Assembly: GCF_009914755.1 (NCBI RefSeq)
Contig: NC_060933.1
Origin: the human T2T-CHM13v2.0 reference genome, Homo sapiens
Length of the DNA: 64,000 bases
Strand: one strand, 5' to 3'
The position numbers and the translations under genes were made by a program. The notes below the pieces were generated by a model that ran no database searches, was not told where the DNA came from, and saw only the letters and a program-made list of their open reading frames with translations. Below are positions 35,897 through 53,551 of this stretch, piece by piece (the stretch's first letter is position 1; every line of letters starts with the position of its first letter).

Positions 35897-36609
35897 TGAA
35901 TCTTTTCCTTTGCAATGTTTAATCTGCTGTTAATCTAATCCAATTAATTTTTATATCAGATATTGTATTTTTACCTTTAGAAGTTTTATTTTAGTGTTTG
36001 TATCTTCCATGTCTCTCCTTAATGTATATAGCTTTTCATCTACCTTCTTAAGCAAATGGAGTACAGTTACAATAGCATTTTTAAACCATTCATAATTGAA
36101 GTGATTATTGATATAGGTGGAGTGATATCTACTATGTTTGTCATTGTTTTCTGCTCATTGAATTTGCTGTTTGTTATTTCCTACTCTTTTTCTGTCTTCT
36201 TTTTAATTGATCATTTTATATGATTCCATTTTATTTCCTTTCTTAGAATAGTAATTATACTTCTCTTTAAAAGGTTTTTAATTGTTGCTCTACAGTTTAC
36301 AATATATGATTCTGTACTCTCAGTCCACTTTCAGATGTCATTATATTACTTTGTGTACAGTATAGGTACCTCATACAGAATATTCTCAACTTCTCTCTCA
36401 TGTCCCTTGTAATACTGCTATCATTAATCGCACTTATTCATATTTGATAATCATGCAATACATTGTAATACTATTATTTTTAAATGTTATGCTTTACACA
36501 TATTAAGAATAAGAAAAATAAAAGATTTAATTTTGATACCATTTATTCCCTCTCCAATGCATTGCTAGGCATTCTTCATTTCTGTTACTATATTTTTATT
36601 TCTAGAGTT

Positions 36610-36938
36610 TTCTTTCCTATTGTGGTAAAATATGCATAACATAAAATTTATCTTTTTGACGATTTTTAAATATTCAATTCAGTGGCATTAAGTGTATTCA
36701 CATTATTGTGCAATTATCATAACTATCCACCTTCAGAACTTTCGTGTCATCCCAAAACTGCACATTAAACAATAACTCCGCATTCCTCCAACCCTTTCCC
36801 CAGGACTTGGTAACCATTCTTCTACTTTTTGTCTCTGAATTTGACTATTCATGTATCTCATGTAAGTGTAATCATACAATATCTCTCCTTTTATGTCTCA
36901 TTTATTTCACTTAGCATAATGTTTTCGAGGTTCATTTA
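36610..36938 (-). mobile_element. L1MB-like 3' end
   Basis: ATTGTGGTAAAATAT.CATAACATAAAATTTA...CAATTCAGTGGCATTAAGT..ATTCACA. Confidence 0.8.
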
Positions 36939-37180
36939 TGTTGTGGGCCGAACTGTGTATCTCTAAAATTCACAGGTTGAAGTCCTGACCCCCAGTACCT
37001 CATAATGTGATATCTGAAGAAAGAACGTTTAAAGAAGTAATCAAGGTAAAATGAGGTCATAGAGATGGATATGAAGCTAATATGAGTGGTGTCATATTGA
37101 AGAGATTAGGACACAGACACACACAAAGGAAAGACCATGTGAAGACAGAGGGAAAAGACAAATACCAATAAACCTTGGAG
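36939..37180 (+). mobile_element. MLT1A/B LTR 5' fragment
   Basis: AAAATTCA.A.GTTGAAGTCCT.ACCCCCAGTACCTCA.AATGTGA...GACCATGTGAAGACA. Confidence 0.8.
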
Positions 37181-37181
37181 A

Positions 37182-37768
<587 letters not shown>

Positions 37769-39489
37769 TTAATTGAGCACTTTATGAAATACTTTTTATA
37801 TTATACTATTTCTTCCTTTGAGAAATACCATTATTAGTGCACAACCGATAACCATAGCTTAAAATCAGATTACAAAATACAAGGAAAATACTTACAATAG
37901 GAAAGTTCACCCCTAAGCATTTCTTTATGACACTTTTAGCCATATGAACTCACCACTATTTATTAGAATGCAATATCTCAAAATAGAATATGGTATAAAA
38001 CTGATTTTTTCAAATAAATACATAATAAAAATTATTAAAATATATAATTTATAAAATCTAAATGTTTACTGATACATGTTGTATTTAATGTTAATATATC
38101 CAAAAAGTTTAGGCTCAAGCTTCATAATAGTGACCCTTTTTTCTCAGCTTCCCCCCCCAAAAAAACTATAACCCTTCTGTATTTCTCTACTTTGTTCACA
38201 GATACAAAGGCCAGCCAGATGGAGCTGGTCAGTGTTCCCAGATCTTAAGTGCAGTGACTCAAATCTAATAAAAAAGCATTTGGAATACAGCATTGATAAA
38301 GTTGTATGACTGTACAGGGAAACATTCTGCTTGTAGCCATGAGATATGAACTTCTGTTTACTACTTCTTCTAATAGTTACTAGAAATATGAGAGCCAATA
38401 GACCCTTTATTTTTATTTCACCCTTTCCTCTGAGTTGTATTAAATGACATTTTGAATGTCAAATGAATCTGATATCTGCAGTCAAACATAACAGCATCAA
38501 TGGTAAATATGGCTAAGGAGTCAGGTATGTCAATTCTGAGTGAATTAAGCTGTTTGTGCAAATGATATTTATCATTACCTATGATCAGCACTTTTAGCTT
38601 TATCATATCATAATTTACCCAATATGTATAGGTGTCAACATGTGTGAAGATAGGCACCAGATAAGCAAAAGACTCATTAAGATGTTGCCATAGATTAATC
38701 CTACAGAGTAGAAGCATTTGGCTGCTCTGATTTTTAAGATCCCTGCTTTAGAGCCTAGAAAATGTCATGAAAATGAATTAATCATTTTTCTTTTCAGTAT
38801 CGTCAACAACCTCTAGTATTGGAGATGTTATAGGAAATGACTACCTGCTTGTAATTCCATTTTTAGTCAAAACTAATACAGAAGTATTTGCCTAGATTTG
38901 GAAAAACCCAAATGTAAGTCAGTGGCCTAATCTCTAACGGGTTGAATAGCCTATTTTAGATGAGATCTTTTCCAGTAAGTGTTGTCTTCCAGATTTTCAT
39001 GTCCTCTCGCTAATGTTTTCCAAGGTGGAATTTGGGCATATGAGGGCTCATGTAAATTCATGGCATTGGGTGGGTGGAGAGAGTTTCTTGGGACATATGA
39101 GTATCTGTGTTGGTCTCCACTGGTCAGGTCCTTCAGTCCTTAGGTCCTTAGATGACATCACTAAGGTATAGTTAATCTATACTTAATCACAGGTGTTTTC
39201 TTTAACACCACTTCCAAAGTCTGTGATTGCTACGTCCCACTGGCCATTCAGTTGGTATAGGCCATACTCCCAGAAACAAGTACATCGCCCTTTGCTGATG
39301 AGTGCCACATCATTTCTGCTGATGCTATAGGCACTCCAAACTCTGATTGTAAGGCCTACCTGATTGCTGGCATTGAGTAGCATTTCTGCCCTTGACTACA
39401 GACTCAATTGACTTCCTGATCATTTCCTCTGTTAATTTGTACCCATATTCTCAGCTAATATATGTGTTGTCTTGAAAGACATGTGAAAA

Positions 39490-39682
39490 ACTCTGTGCCA
39501 GAGGGAAAAGAAGAGCTCTGAATGGTCTCACTCTGGTAATCAAATGCTTCCACTTCCACTCACAAGTCATTGGGCAGAATTAGTTACATAGTTCCACCCT
39601 ACCTCAAGTGGACAGGAATTACAATTATGCTGTGTACCTGAAAGGGAAAAGAACCGGAAACATTTGTTGAACAGGCTACCAC
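39490..39682 (-). mobile_element. Old MLT1 (K/L-like) fragment
   Basis: CACTTCCACTCACA..TCATTGG.CAGAA.TAGT.ACATAG...TGTGTACCTGAAAGGGAAAAGAACCGGAAA.ATTTG.TGAACAG. Confidence 0.55.
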
Positions 39683-42140
39683 AAGTACCCTGCTAAGTGA
39701 TCTCCCTTCAAAAACTCAAGTAGGAAGCTAAATTAAAGTCATCATCTCTTCTTCACTTGTTCCTCAGTGTAGCTAAGAAGACTTGACTTCTGGGACTTTA
39801 GCTCTGATAGAGGAGTTTAGATACGTGTCTCACCTCCTGAACTTTCTGCCTTCATCCCCTTTTCATTCTCATAATCTGTCATGACCAGAAAGAGGGGACG
39901 CCTTTTCTGGGCTGATGTGGAACTACATGGCCTCTTATTCTCCTCTTTTTGGATTGGTATTGCAATAAGGTAAAATGATGGCTAGGGAACATGATTTACT
40001 AAGAAGAAGAATATTAAACATATTTACTATTTTCAAATATGATCCTGTTACATCTGAGTTTATACTCCATACAGCATTTTATGTACAATATTTCCTACAA
40101 TATTGTCACAAACATTACATACCTAACAATAAGCTTTTATTCACTTTGTTTAACTTATTATTTGCTGATGATGCTTTACTCACTCCCTCTGGGAAGGTCT
40201 GCCTTCTTTCCCAATCATATGTGGACATCTTTACAAGGCAATTCGAGTTCTAAAATGTTTGTATATCAAATTCCACTGTTTCTTTTCAAAATAATTTTAT
40301 GTCTTAGGTGATATGTGAATAGATTTATAAAGTTATTAATTCAATAGCCCATAATGAACCTTTGGGACATACACCATGACATATTTGTTCAACAATTTTA
40401 AATTATTTCTTAATATTATAGATTATCGTGATGAAGCATATTAATCCTACAGTCTTTTCATCTCCCTGTAGTCTTCAATTCAGCATTAATGGAGAGATTT
40501 TCAAGCACCACAGGACTTGATGCAGCTAACTTGAAGATAAGCTTTTGGGGAGTTTCCTGTTATCTTTGCACAGTGGCCTTTGTGAGTAGGCCCTTTCAAT
40601 GTTGTTAGATTCTCTCTAAGAAACACATGTATTAGAAACACTATAACTGTTTCTACTATGAAGATCTAATGCCACTCCTTTGCTCATAATGTATGTGCTC
40701 AACTAAAAATGTTTCTTTGACAATGCACTAAGATTCTTCTAAAGCCTATAGGACATATTATCATTGCATCTATGTAAGAATACCATTCAAAGGAGCAATG
40801 AAACAAAAAGTTGGTTCTTTGAAAAGAGAAACAAAATTGATAAACTGCTAGCAACCAAGAAAAGAGAAGAGACAAAATCAGAAATGAAAAGAAGACTTAC
40901 AAGTGATACCACAGAAAAACAAAATTTCATCTGTGACTATTATGAACAACTACATGCTCACAAACCAAAAAAATCCCCAGGAAATGGCTAAATTCCTGGA
41001 AACATACAACCTCCTAAGATTGAAGAAGGAAGAAACTGAAAACCAGAATAGACCAATAATGAGTAGCAGGATTGAATCAGTAATAAATAAATTTCCCATG
41101 GAAAAAAAAAGTCCAGGACCTGATGGATTCATAGCTGAATTCCATAAAATGTACAAAGAACTAATATCAATCTTCCTGAAACTGTTCCAAATAATCTGGG
41201 AGGAGGGACTTCTTCATTCCTCATGTAACAAGGCCAGTATCACTCTGATACTAAAACCAGACAAAGACAAAACAAAACAAAAAAAGAAAACTACATGCCA
41301 ATATCTCTGATAAACATAGACACAAAAATCCTCAACAAAATACTAGCAAATGGAATTCAAGAGCACATCAAAAAGGTAATACACCATGATCAAGTGGGTT
41401 GTACATAAGGAATGGAAGGATAGTTCAACATATGCAAATTAATAAATGTGATACATCACGAAAATAGAATGAAGGATTAAAAACCTCAATAGATGCAGAA
41501 AAATCATTTGATAAAATTCAGCATCCCTTCATGATAAAAAAAAAACCCTCAAATAACTTGACATGGAAGTAACATACCTCAAATAATAAAAGGCTTATAT
41601 GACAAACCCACAACCAACATCATACTGAATGGGGGAAAGGTTGAAAGCATTTTCTCAAGAACTGGAACAAAACAAGTATTCCCACTTTCACCACTCCTAT
41701 TTGATATAGTATTAGAAGTCCTAGCCACAGCAATCAGGTAAGAGAAAGAATTAAAAGACATTCAAATAGGAAAAGAGAAAATCAAATTATTTCCGTTTGC
41801 TGATGATAGGATTACCTGTCTAGAAAAACCTAGAGACTCCACCAAAACACTCTTGGATTTGATAAATGAATTTAGTAAGTTTATTTAGTAAAATTGATAC
41901 AAAAGTAATATACAAAAATCAGTAGCATTTCTATACACCAATAACAAACTAGCTGAGAAGGAAATCTTATTTACAAGAGCTACAAAAAATAAACTACCTA
42001 GGAATACATTTAAGCAAGGAGGTGAAACATCTCTACAAGGAAAACTATAAAACACTGATGAAAGAAACTGTCAGTGAGACAAACGAATGGAAAAATATTC
42101 CATGCTTATGGATCAGAAAAATTAATATTGTTAAAATGAC

Positions 42141-42397
<257 letters not shown>

Positions 42398-42804
42398 GAC
42401 CATAATGCCCAAAGCAATCTATAGATGAAATGCAATCCCTATCAAAATACCAATGTCATTTTTCACAGAATTAGAAAAAACAATGTTAAATCCTTATGGA
42501 ACCAGAAAAAAGAGCCCAAATAGCAAAATCAATTCTAAGCAAAAAGAACAAAACTGGAGGCATCACGTTACCTGATATGAAATTATGTTACAAGGCTATG
42601 GTAACCAAAACAGTGTAATACTTCTGTAAAAACAGACACATAGATCAATAAAACAAAATACAGAACCCAGAAATAACACGACATAGTTACAGCCAACTGG
42701 TCTTTGACAAAACTAACAGGAAGAGACACTGAAGAAAGGACATCCTTTTCAATAAACGGTGCTGGGAAATTAGATAGCCATATGCAGGAAAATAAAACAG
42801 AACC

Positions 42805-43296
42805 TGAGAGGTGAAGCCAGCTGGACTTCCTGGGTCAAGTGGGGATTTGGAGAACTTTTCTGTCTTAAAAGAGGATCGTAAAATGCACCAATCAGTGCTC
42901 TGTAGCTAGCAAGAGGATTATAAAATGCACCAATCAACACTCTGTAAAATGCACCAATCAGTGCCCTGTAAAATGCACCAATCAGCAGTAGCTAAAAGTA
43001 GCCAATCACAGGGAGGATTGAAAAAAGGGCACTCTGATAGGACAAAAACCAAACATGGGCAGGGACAAATAAGGGAATAAAAGCTGGCCACCTCAGCTGG
43101 CAGTGGCAATCTGCTTGGGTTACCTTCCATGTGTGGAAGCTGTGTTCTTTCGCTTTTCACAGTGAATCTTGCTGCTGCTCACTCTTTGGGTCCGTGCCAC
43201 CTTTAAAAGCTGTAACACTCACCGTGAAGGTCTGTGACTTCATTCTTGAAGTCAGCGAGACCACCAACCCACTGGCAGGAACCAAATCTGGACACA
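42805..43296 (+). mobile_element. LTR12-family (ERV9, LTR12F-like) solo LTR
   Basis: TGAGAGGTGAAGCCAGCTGGACTTCCTGGG...; repeated GCACCAATCA; GGGAATAAAAGC; ends GGACACA; TSD-like AACC/GACC. Confidence 0.9.
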
Positions 43297-43646
43297 GACC
43301 TTTATCTCTCACCATATGCAAAAATCAACTTAAGATGTATTAAAGACTTAAATATAAGACCCAAAACTATCAAAATACTAAAAACCTTGAGAAAATTCTT
43401 CTGGACATTGGTCTAGGCAAAGAATTTATGACTTAAGACCTAAAAGGACAGGGAACAAAACCAAAATTAGACAAATGGGACAATTAAACTAAAAAGCTTC
43501 TGCACAGCAAAAGAAATAACCAGGTGTGTAAACAGACAATGCACAGGAGAAAATATTTGAAAACTATTTATCCCATAGGGGACTAATATCCATAATATAG
43601 AAGAAGCTCAAACAACTCCCTCAACAACAACAAAAAGCGCAAACAA

Positions 43647-43966
43647 GGCCAGGCATGGTGGCTCACGTTTATAATCCCAGCACTTTCAGAGGCCAGGAGG
43701 ACTGGACCACTTAAAGAGTTTGAGACCCGCCTGGCCAACATAGCGATAGCCCGTTTCTACTAAAACTACAAAAATTAGCCGGGCATGGTGGTGGGCACAT
43801 GTAATCCCAGCTATTCGGGAGGCTGAGAGGCAAGAATCCCTTGAATCTGGGAGGTGGAGGTTGCAGTGAGCCAAAGTTGCACCACTGCACTCCACATTGC
43901 ACTCCAGCCTTGGCGACAGAGGGAAACTCTGTCTAAAAAAAAAAATTAAAAAAAAAAAAGAAAAAG
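43647..43966 (+). mobile_element. AluS
   Basis: Dimer with duplicated CA(C/T)TGCACTCCA. Confidence 0.9.
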
Positions 43967-45285
43967 AACAAATAATGTTCTTTAAAAGTGGTCAAAGGAT
44001 ATAAATAGACATTTTTCAAAAGAAGACACACAAATGGCCAGCATGGGCATATAAAAAAAATGCTCAACACTAATCATCAGAGAAATGTAAATTAAAACCA
44101 TAATAAGATATCATCTTCATTAAAATGGCTATTATTAAAAAGATAAAATGTCTCATCTGCTATGTTGGTGAGGATATGGAGAAAAAGGAATGTTTGTATG
44201 CTGTTGATGGGAATGTAAATTAGTACAACCTTTATTGAAAATAGAGATTTCCCAAAGAACTAAAACTAGAACGACTGTTCGATCCCACAACCTTACTACT
44301 GGGTATCTACTCAAAGGAAAATAAATCAATATATCAAAGAGGTACCTGCACTCATGTTTCTTGCAGCACTATTCACAATAGAAAAGATATGGAATCAACC
44401 TAAGGGTCCACCAGTGGATGACTGGATAAAGAACATGTGGTATATATACCTGATAGAATTCTATTCAGCCACAAAAAGAATGAAATCATGTATTTTGCAG
44501 CAACATGGTTGGAACTGGAGGTCATTATCTTAAGTGAAATAAGCCAGATATAGAAAGATGTCGCTCATAAGTGAGTGCTAAAAAAAGTGTCTGCATGGAT
44601 GTAGACAGTGGAATGATAGGCAGTGGGGACTCAGAATTGTGGGGGGATGATGAGAAATTACTAATGGGTACAATCTACAGCATTTGGGTGATAGATACCC
44701 TAAAAGTTCTGCCTTGACCACTATGCATGTAACAAAATTGCACTTGTTACCCATAAATTCATACAAATTAAAAAATATATAAGACAAATGTAACCATGCT
44801 TTCTTCAAAAAAACAAAAACGAGGTAATCCCCATTGTAGTCCCAAAGATGGGAGGAGAGAGGCTCATCCAAGAAGGCCAGAGAGGGCTGGATGTACCCTG
44901 CTTCCAAATCTGCTGTCTCTCCCACACCCCTTACAACAGACCCTTTGCTCTCCCTTCTACCTCCCTGTTCTCAGAGGCTTCCCTTTCTCTTATTTCTCAT
45001 CTGCCCCCTAAAAAGGAAGGCAGAAGATTCCAATTCCTTGTACCCTTAGGTACTTGGAGCAGAATGAAGTAAATTTAGTGAATCATTTGCAACTCTGTAC
45101 TTCTTGGGTGCACTTCAAATATCAACAAGAACATTTATTCTGTGGAATAGACTGGTTTAATTTCGGCCTTTTACCTCAACTTTCAGCCATCTGAAATTGT
45201 GTAGACTTTTCCAAACTGTGTTCATGTGCCACCCTGACCTACTGCCTATCCCTGCAATTGGATGGGCCTTAAGAACCCAGCTCCA

Positions 45286-45685
<400 letters not shown>

Positions 45686-46712
45686 TTACTTCTATTAGTA
45701 AATAATTTCCAGGCACCTAAGAGTTTAGATTTAGCCATGTCTTTGAGGACTGTAATTTTTCCCTAATTTGTGCTTTCTATAATAATAATTAGGGATTTAT
45801 TGCTTATATTAAAAACTCATCAGGACTCTAATTGAAAAGGTTAACTACTTCTCATGAGTTCAAGTTGGGCATTACTATTCAAATTCACTGACAACTTAAA
45901 CTGTAAGATAATTTTCTTTCCTACCGTGCAGGTTCTTCATGTGATAAGGATTTTACTTTTGCCAAACAGAAGTTCCTAGAACATCCTGGGAATATGGTAT
46001 TTTAGAAGAAAAACAATAAGCAATTACTCAAAGCAAATTTAACATTCAGAACAAAACAGTGTTTCATTTGATTGATACATATTTTGTTTTTACCTTGAAG
46101 AACGTACCACAAAAAAAGGGTCACAGCAATGAGATATAACTTCACTTAACTTTTCAAACTGATACTGTCCAAATATTTAATAATATTCTGTTGATTAACA
46201 CAGTGCTTTTAAAATTATGGATAGGAAAAGCATATTTCTTGTAGTTATATGTCTTGGAATAATATATAAATCACACATCAGCCTTAAATATTACTGCTTA
46301 GCAGAAGACAATCATAAAAAGAATTTTATCAATTTAAATTAGAATACTAAATAAACCAGTAAAGCTAGCATTTGCAGAACACTTGGTGTGTTACACGTAA
46401 ATATTCAATTAATTCACAGAAAAATCACAAGAGATTGTCAGTTGCATAATGTCACTTTGCTAGTTAAGGTGGTACAGAGATTTAAACCCAGGCCCAGATG
46501 AACAACCACATCAGCATAGAGACAGATGTTATTGCATGTTGGCAGATGAAATTGTGAAAGTGAAATTCCCATGGTTCCAAATCAGAAATTGCTGCCTTAG
46601 GGTGTGGGGAGTAGGTGACAGTCATTTAGACGGCTGGTGGGAAAATTTTAAAAATAACACAAGAGGGATAATTGGCAATGTCATACAAATAAATAAATGA
46701 CAACTTTTCTGA

Positions 46713-47087
<375 letters not shown>

Positions 47088-47589
47088 ATATTCATTCTTT
47101 TCTAAATGGTGATTCTTATGAGAAATACTCATATCCCCCGCTAAATGGAGATGTTAATTGTATCAATTTTTATAACAGTGAAATAGTACAGGTCCAGTTC
47201 TCCAGCAATAGGTGGCTGACTAAGCAAATAATAGTGCCTCCATGCCCCAGAATAACAAGCAGCCATGAAAAAATAAGGTCATATTTACTGATAACGTTAA
47301 TATATATTGCCTTTTAAAAAGGCAAAATACAGAATAGTGTGCATATTGTGCTCCGTGCATAAAAAGTGACTACAGTAGGTTTGTTTTACTCAGCTCTTTT
47401 TAATCTCTGGGAAAGCTTGGAGCCACAGGAAGAGAACTAACGACAGGAATGTTCGCTTGGTCAGTGATTAAGATTGTATTCTCTATGGCCCAGGCAGTGG
47501 GTCAGGATGTACTGGGCTGACAGCATTGTTTAAAGATGAAAATTAATGATGTGTACCTGGTGCCTGTTTGGCATCTGCAACTTGGCTGG

Positions 47590-48152
<563 letters not shown>

Positions 48153-49346
48153 AAATATGTTCTCAGTTGAAATTTCCAAATAAGATTTATACATATACAT
48201 GCATATAAAGGTACAGGATTATTTCTGGAAGGATCTTCAAGAAATTAGTGTTCCCTGATCCCCAAGTGAGAGAGCCAGCGGTGTGAAGTGAATGACTTTT
48301 TTTTTTTTTACTCCATATATGTGTTTCTTTTCATTGATATGAGATAATTTAAAGTATATTTGTAAAAAATATATAGTAGTTATACTTAATGCTTTGCCGT
48401 GACCATGGAGTTGTTGTCTTGAGGTAAGATGTGAAGGATCTTTAAGTTGCAGTGGAGAATAGGAGAGAGTAGAAAGCCATGAGTGTGCTACTGGGGCTTC
48501 CCTGAACCTGCAGGTGAGAGCCAGACTCTTCTGACCTTTTGGATGAGATCAAGAAGGCAGGCAGAAACAGGAAAAGGGTCTCTGATAGAACAGCATGTGC
48601 GGGAAAGCATCTATACAGTGGGTTTATAAGAAAGATGACAGGAATCCCTCATACATTGTATGATGTTTATAACCTTATAACATTTATTAATGGTATAAAT
48701 ATAAATATAACAATTTTAGTTTTGCACCTATGTTTTGCTAGTAACTGAAAAGGAACCCACAGTTGTTCATTTGTTCAATGATTTTGCAGCACTTGTGACT
48801 GTCTGTCACCTTGTTGTGACTCTTCTATGTCATGTGGACAGAGCAGCAGGCCGAGAGCCAGAAGACATGGTACTACTCATGAAGGGGTCCTAACAAGAAC
48901 ATCTCCAACAGCTAGTCACGCAACATGCATGAGATTCTTTTACTTTGGTTGAAAAATGAGGGTTATGGTGGAATCGAGTTGGGCCTGAGTGATCCCTAAT
49001 TCTCTCTTGCTTTTTAAATTGCATGTTTCTGCTGCAATCTCATAAAGAAGAGGAAACAACTTCACTTTGCCAACTGAGGAAATAATGGTTCAGTTATTAA
49101 GTTCCCACCAAATTCACATTTACAACTGCCACATTTTATAGAATTGCATATTTTAGATTTTTGGTGCCATCCTGATGTTTATCAATACAGAAGGTTGGCA
49201 AAGAATAATGTTTCAATGCACTAAAAAAAGAGAATCTGATATGGTTTGAATGAATGGGGTTAACGTCACTATATCTTATGAATGAACCCAATGATAGTCT
49301 CCATAGTTAGATAGTATTGGATAATTTATTATTTTAAAAAGTATGC

Positions 49347-49641
<295 letters not shown>

Positions 49642-49663
49642 TCCTTAAAGATAGTACCATCCT

Positions 49664-49976
<313 letters not shown>

Positions 49977-50218
49977 TCATGAGAAGTTCCAAGTACGTCC
50001 ATGGCATGGGTGCTGAAAAGGAGCAACAGTGAAGATCATTTACACATGAAGGAATTGCAAGTTCCTAGCACTTAAGTGTCATCTACAAGGAAATTGAAGA
50101 TTGAGGAATTGAGAAGATGGTGATGGATGTAAGAAAATGACCCATTTGGAAGATGACACTTGCTAGAAATGGTAGAGGTTGCTGTAATCAGCTGATATTT
50201 GTCTAAAAGGATAAGTGA

Positions 50219-50551
<333 letters not shown>

Positions 50552-50741
50552 TACTTGCTTCTTTTTATGAACACCAGTGACCAGGAATTGATGGAAATTT
50601 ACCAGAAATGTTTCCTGATGCTATGGTAGACAAACTATGGAAATAATGAGTTCTACAAGGGCATTGAAAATGGTGGTCTAGGCTTCAGTGGAGTTGAGGA
50701 TGTATAGTCAACCCTTTTTTTTGTTGTTTTATTATTTTTTG

Positions 50742-50943
50742 TGTGTGCCAGGCATTAGCCTGTGCATTTTATGGGCATCATCTTATTTAATCTTCACAAT
50801 GGATACCTTCATTTTACAGTGGAAGATACTGAAGTTCAGAGACATTAAGTGACTTGTTAAGGTTTGTGACTGGTAAATGGTGGAGTCTGCATTAGAAATC
50901 CAGACTGTTGCTTCCAAGCCATACTCTCAAACGCTATGCTATA
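50742..50943 (-). mobile_element. MIR
   Basis: TGTGCCAGGCA...TTTAATCTTCACAA...CATTTTACAG.GGAAGA.ACTGA.GTTCAGAGA..TTAAGTGACTTG. Confidence 0.85.
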
Positions 50944-51624
50944 CAAGGGCATTCTGTGATGATGTTGAGATAGTCCTTTTTGAAAATGTAATGAGTTCCC
51001 AGAGGGCACAGAAGGAAAGAGCTGGAAGGCAGGACCACAGTGAAAGGGTGAGCTAGAAGAATAGAGGTGCTTAGAGTAGAAGAAAAGACAGACTTACTGA
51101 GGGGTTTGGGACTTGACAGAGCACCCAAAAATGGCAGAGCAGAGAAATATGGGGGAGGATTATGGGCCTTGAGGTTCAGAGTGGACCCTTGCAGGGATGG
51201 GGCTTCAGTCTCCACCCCTGCTCACGCCCTTGCTTCCTGGAAACCTATCACGGGTTTTGCTCAGGTTACCCCAGGACTCCAGAAGTTTTATGCTTCTTGG
51301 AGTCTGTCTTCTGAGTAGGAGTGGGAATGTAGATGTGGCAAAGCTGTTCTCACTCCAGTTTGGATGCCAGGTGGTAAGAAGTTTAATTTTTCTGCAAAGT
51401 TTATACCCTTGATTTATGAAGGGGTATTGACGTTTCTCAAACTAAGGAACCCAAACCTTTTTTACGTGGTGTAAGGACATTACATGCTGAAAATTTGATT
51501 TTTACTTTGGTTCCACTATTAATTTGCTGGGTGACTTTTGGCAGGTCACAGCTTCTTTGAGTACCTGGTTTCCTTTTCGTAAGCTCAGAAATTCAGCTGC
51601 GTGACCTTTAAGATTTCATATGCT

Positions 51625-51930
51625 CGCCAGGCACAGTGGCTCATGCCTGTAATCCCAGCACTTTGGGAGGCCGAGGTGGGTGGATCACGAGGTCAGGAGA
51701 TCGAGACCATCCTGGCTAACATGGTGAAACCCCGTCTCTACTAAAAATACAAAAAATTAGCTGGGCGTGGTGGCTGGCACCTGTAGTCCCAGCTACTCAG
51801 GAGGCAGGAGAATGGCATGAACCCGGGAGGCAGAGCTTGCAGTGAGTCAGGATTGTGCCACTGCACTCCAGCCTGGGTGACAGAGCAAGACTCTGTCTCA
51901 AAAACAAACAAACAAACAAACAAACAAACA
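51625..51930 (+). mobile_element. AluY-like with (CAAA)n tail
   Basis: Dimer; TSD-like AAGAT....TATGCTC. Confidence 0.92.
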
Positions 51931-52019
51931 GAAGATGTAGTATGCTCTGAAGTTTTGCTGACATGGAATTTCTTCCCTCACAACCCATACCCCAGCCCTA
52001 AGCATCATTGTTCCTGTTC

Positions 52020-52480
52020 TGTACCACTGCATAGAACAAGCTGCCTCCTAATTTAGTGAATGAACACACTGCATTGATTTCATGGCAGGGGATGGTGATG
52101 TTGATTACTCCAGATTAGTTCTCACTTGTGGCACCTCAGATGGCAGACAAGGCTGAAGCTGTCAGAAAGCTTCTGCACCTCTATACCTGGCACCTGGAAT
52201 GCTATGGATTGAAGAGCTAGGAGCTGGTCAGGTAACTTGGTCTCCACACAGCCTCTCCATGTGACAAGCTTGAGGTTCCTCACAGTATGACAGTCTTGGG
52301 CTAGTCAGAGTTTTTGTAGAGAGCTTGGCTTTCCCCAGATTCCCCTGCATTCCACGAGACCCAGGCAAAAGCTAAAAAGCTTCTTATGTCCTAATCTTGG
52401 AATCTGCAAATGCAGATTCATGGGGGTACAGAAATAGATACCACCTCTCAGTGGGCGAATGACCTGATGGAAAAGAAGGG
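52020..52480 (-). mobile_element. Old MLT1 (H/I-like) LTR
   Basis: CCTCTCCATGTGAC.AGCTTG.G.TTCCTCACAG.ATG...CAGATTCA.GGG...AAATAGA..CCACCTCT. Confidence 0.65.
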
Positions 52481-53551
52481 AAGAAAGGAGCGGCCACTTT
52501 GCAGGCAAGCTCATAGTCATTCTGTCTTAATAAACCTCATCCCAGGTTGCTAATTCCAAACAAATTTCCCAGACCTAAACATACAAAGAGGAAGAAGGAG
52601 AAAGCAATTTACCATTCAGAAATAGACTGAAATTAACATGAATACTTACATCTTCATTTTATTCCATGCCCGAAGGTAGAATAATTTAATAATGTTAATT
52701 TTTTCTAGTCATGACTTGCTGAGCCAATTAATTTTTTTCATTTATTTTCTCATTTATTCTTTCTTCAGAGTTTGAATTGGCTTTGTTTTCTGCTTTTTCA
52801 TATCTTGATTTTAGCCACATTCAATCCAATTACAATTTTCTTTCAGTTTTTACTTTCTTTTTATTGTCAACACTTTGCTTCTTTGTATATTGAATTTCCC
52901 ACCCTTAACGCAAGGATGTCTAGTCAGTAGCTGCTGGAGGTGTAACTACTGATTTATTTTTTCTTCTGTATGGAGCAAGTGTCAAGCCAGTGTAGTAGTC
53001 AGTCTCCTAAGAAACTTTATTATCTCTTTCAGCTTCACTGGCTGTATTCGCTGGGAAGCAGTTTAACGACACTGGCTGATCTTAACAGGTTGCTATAACC
53101 ACTTGAAGTCACAATAAATGTGGGAGGAAAATGTTCTTTTTCTTTTCTTTTGGTGGAAAAATAGATGTATAATTTTCTAGCTTTCTTTTCTCCATTTGGG
53201 TTAATGATATGAAGAAGATTTCTGCTAGTTTAAGTGTAATTAAAAGAGAGAGATTGGTAACCTCTGGATAACGGTGGGCATTTTGAGGATTGCACTGTGT
53301 AGAGCTGATGATGAAAGAGCTTCTCTAGCTAGTATGTGCTCAAACACACAGTGACAAGAACTAGAATGACAAAATCCAGGCTGTATGCTTCTGAATGGTA
53401 TGGATGACGAGTGGATTTTTCACCACCTGGTATGAACATGGGATGTTAGGTGGAGACAGACAGCGGATACCTTTGGGTATCTGGGAAACTTATACCTCCT
53501 GCTGTGATGGTGCTGAAGCCCTCAGGCCTTTTGTGTTATAGAATTGGGATT

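Noticed and set aside
39183-39383. 66-aa minus-strand ORF in unique sequence
   Set aside because: Non-ATG start, no recognisable homology, no convincing splice context; length expected by chance
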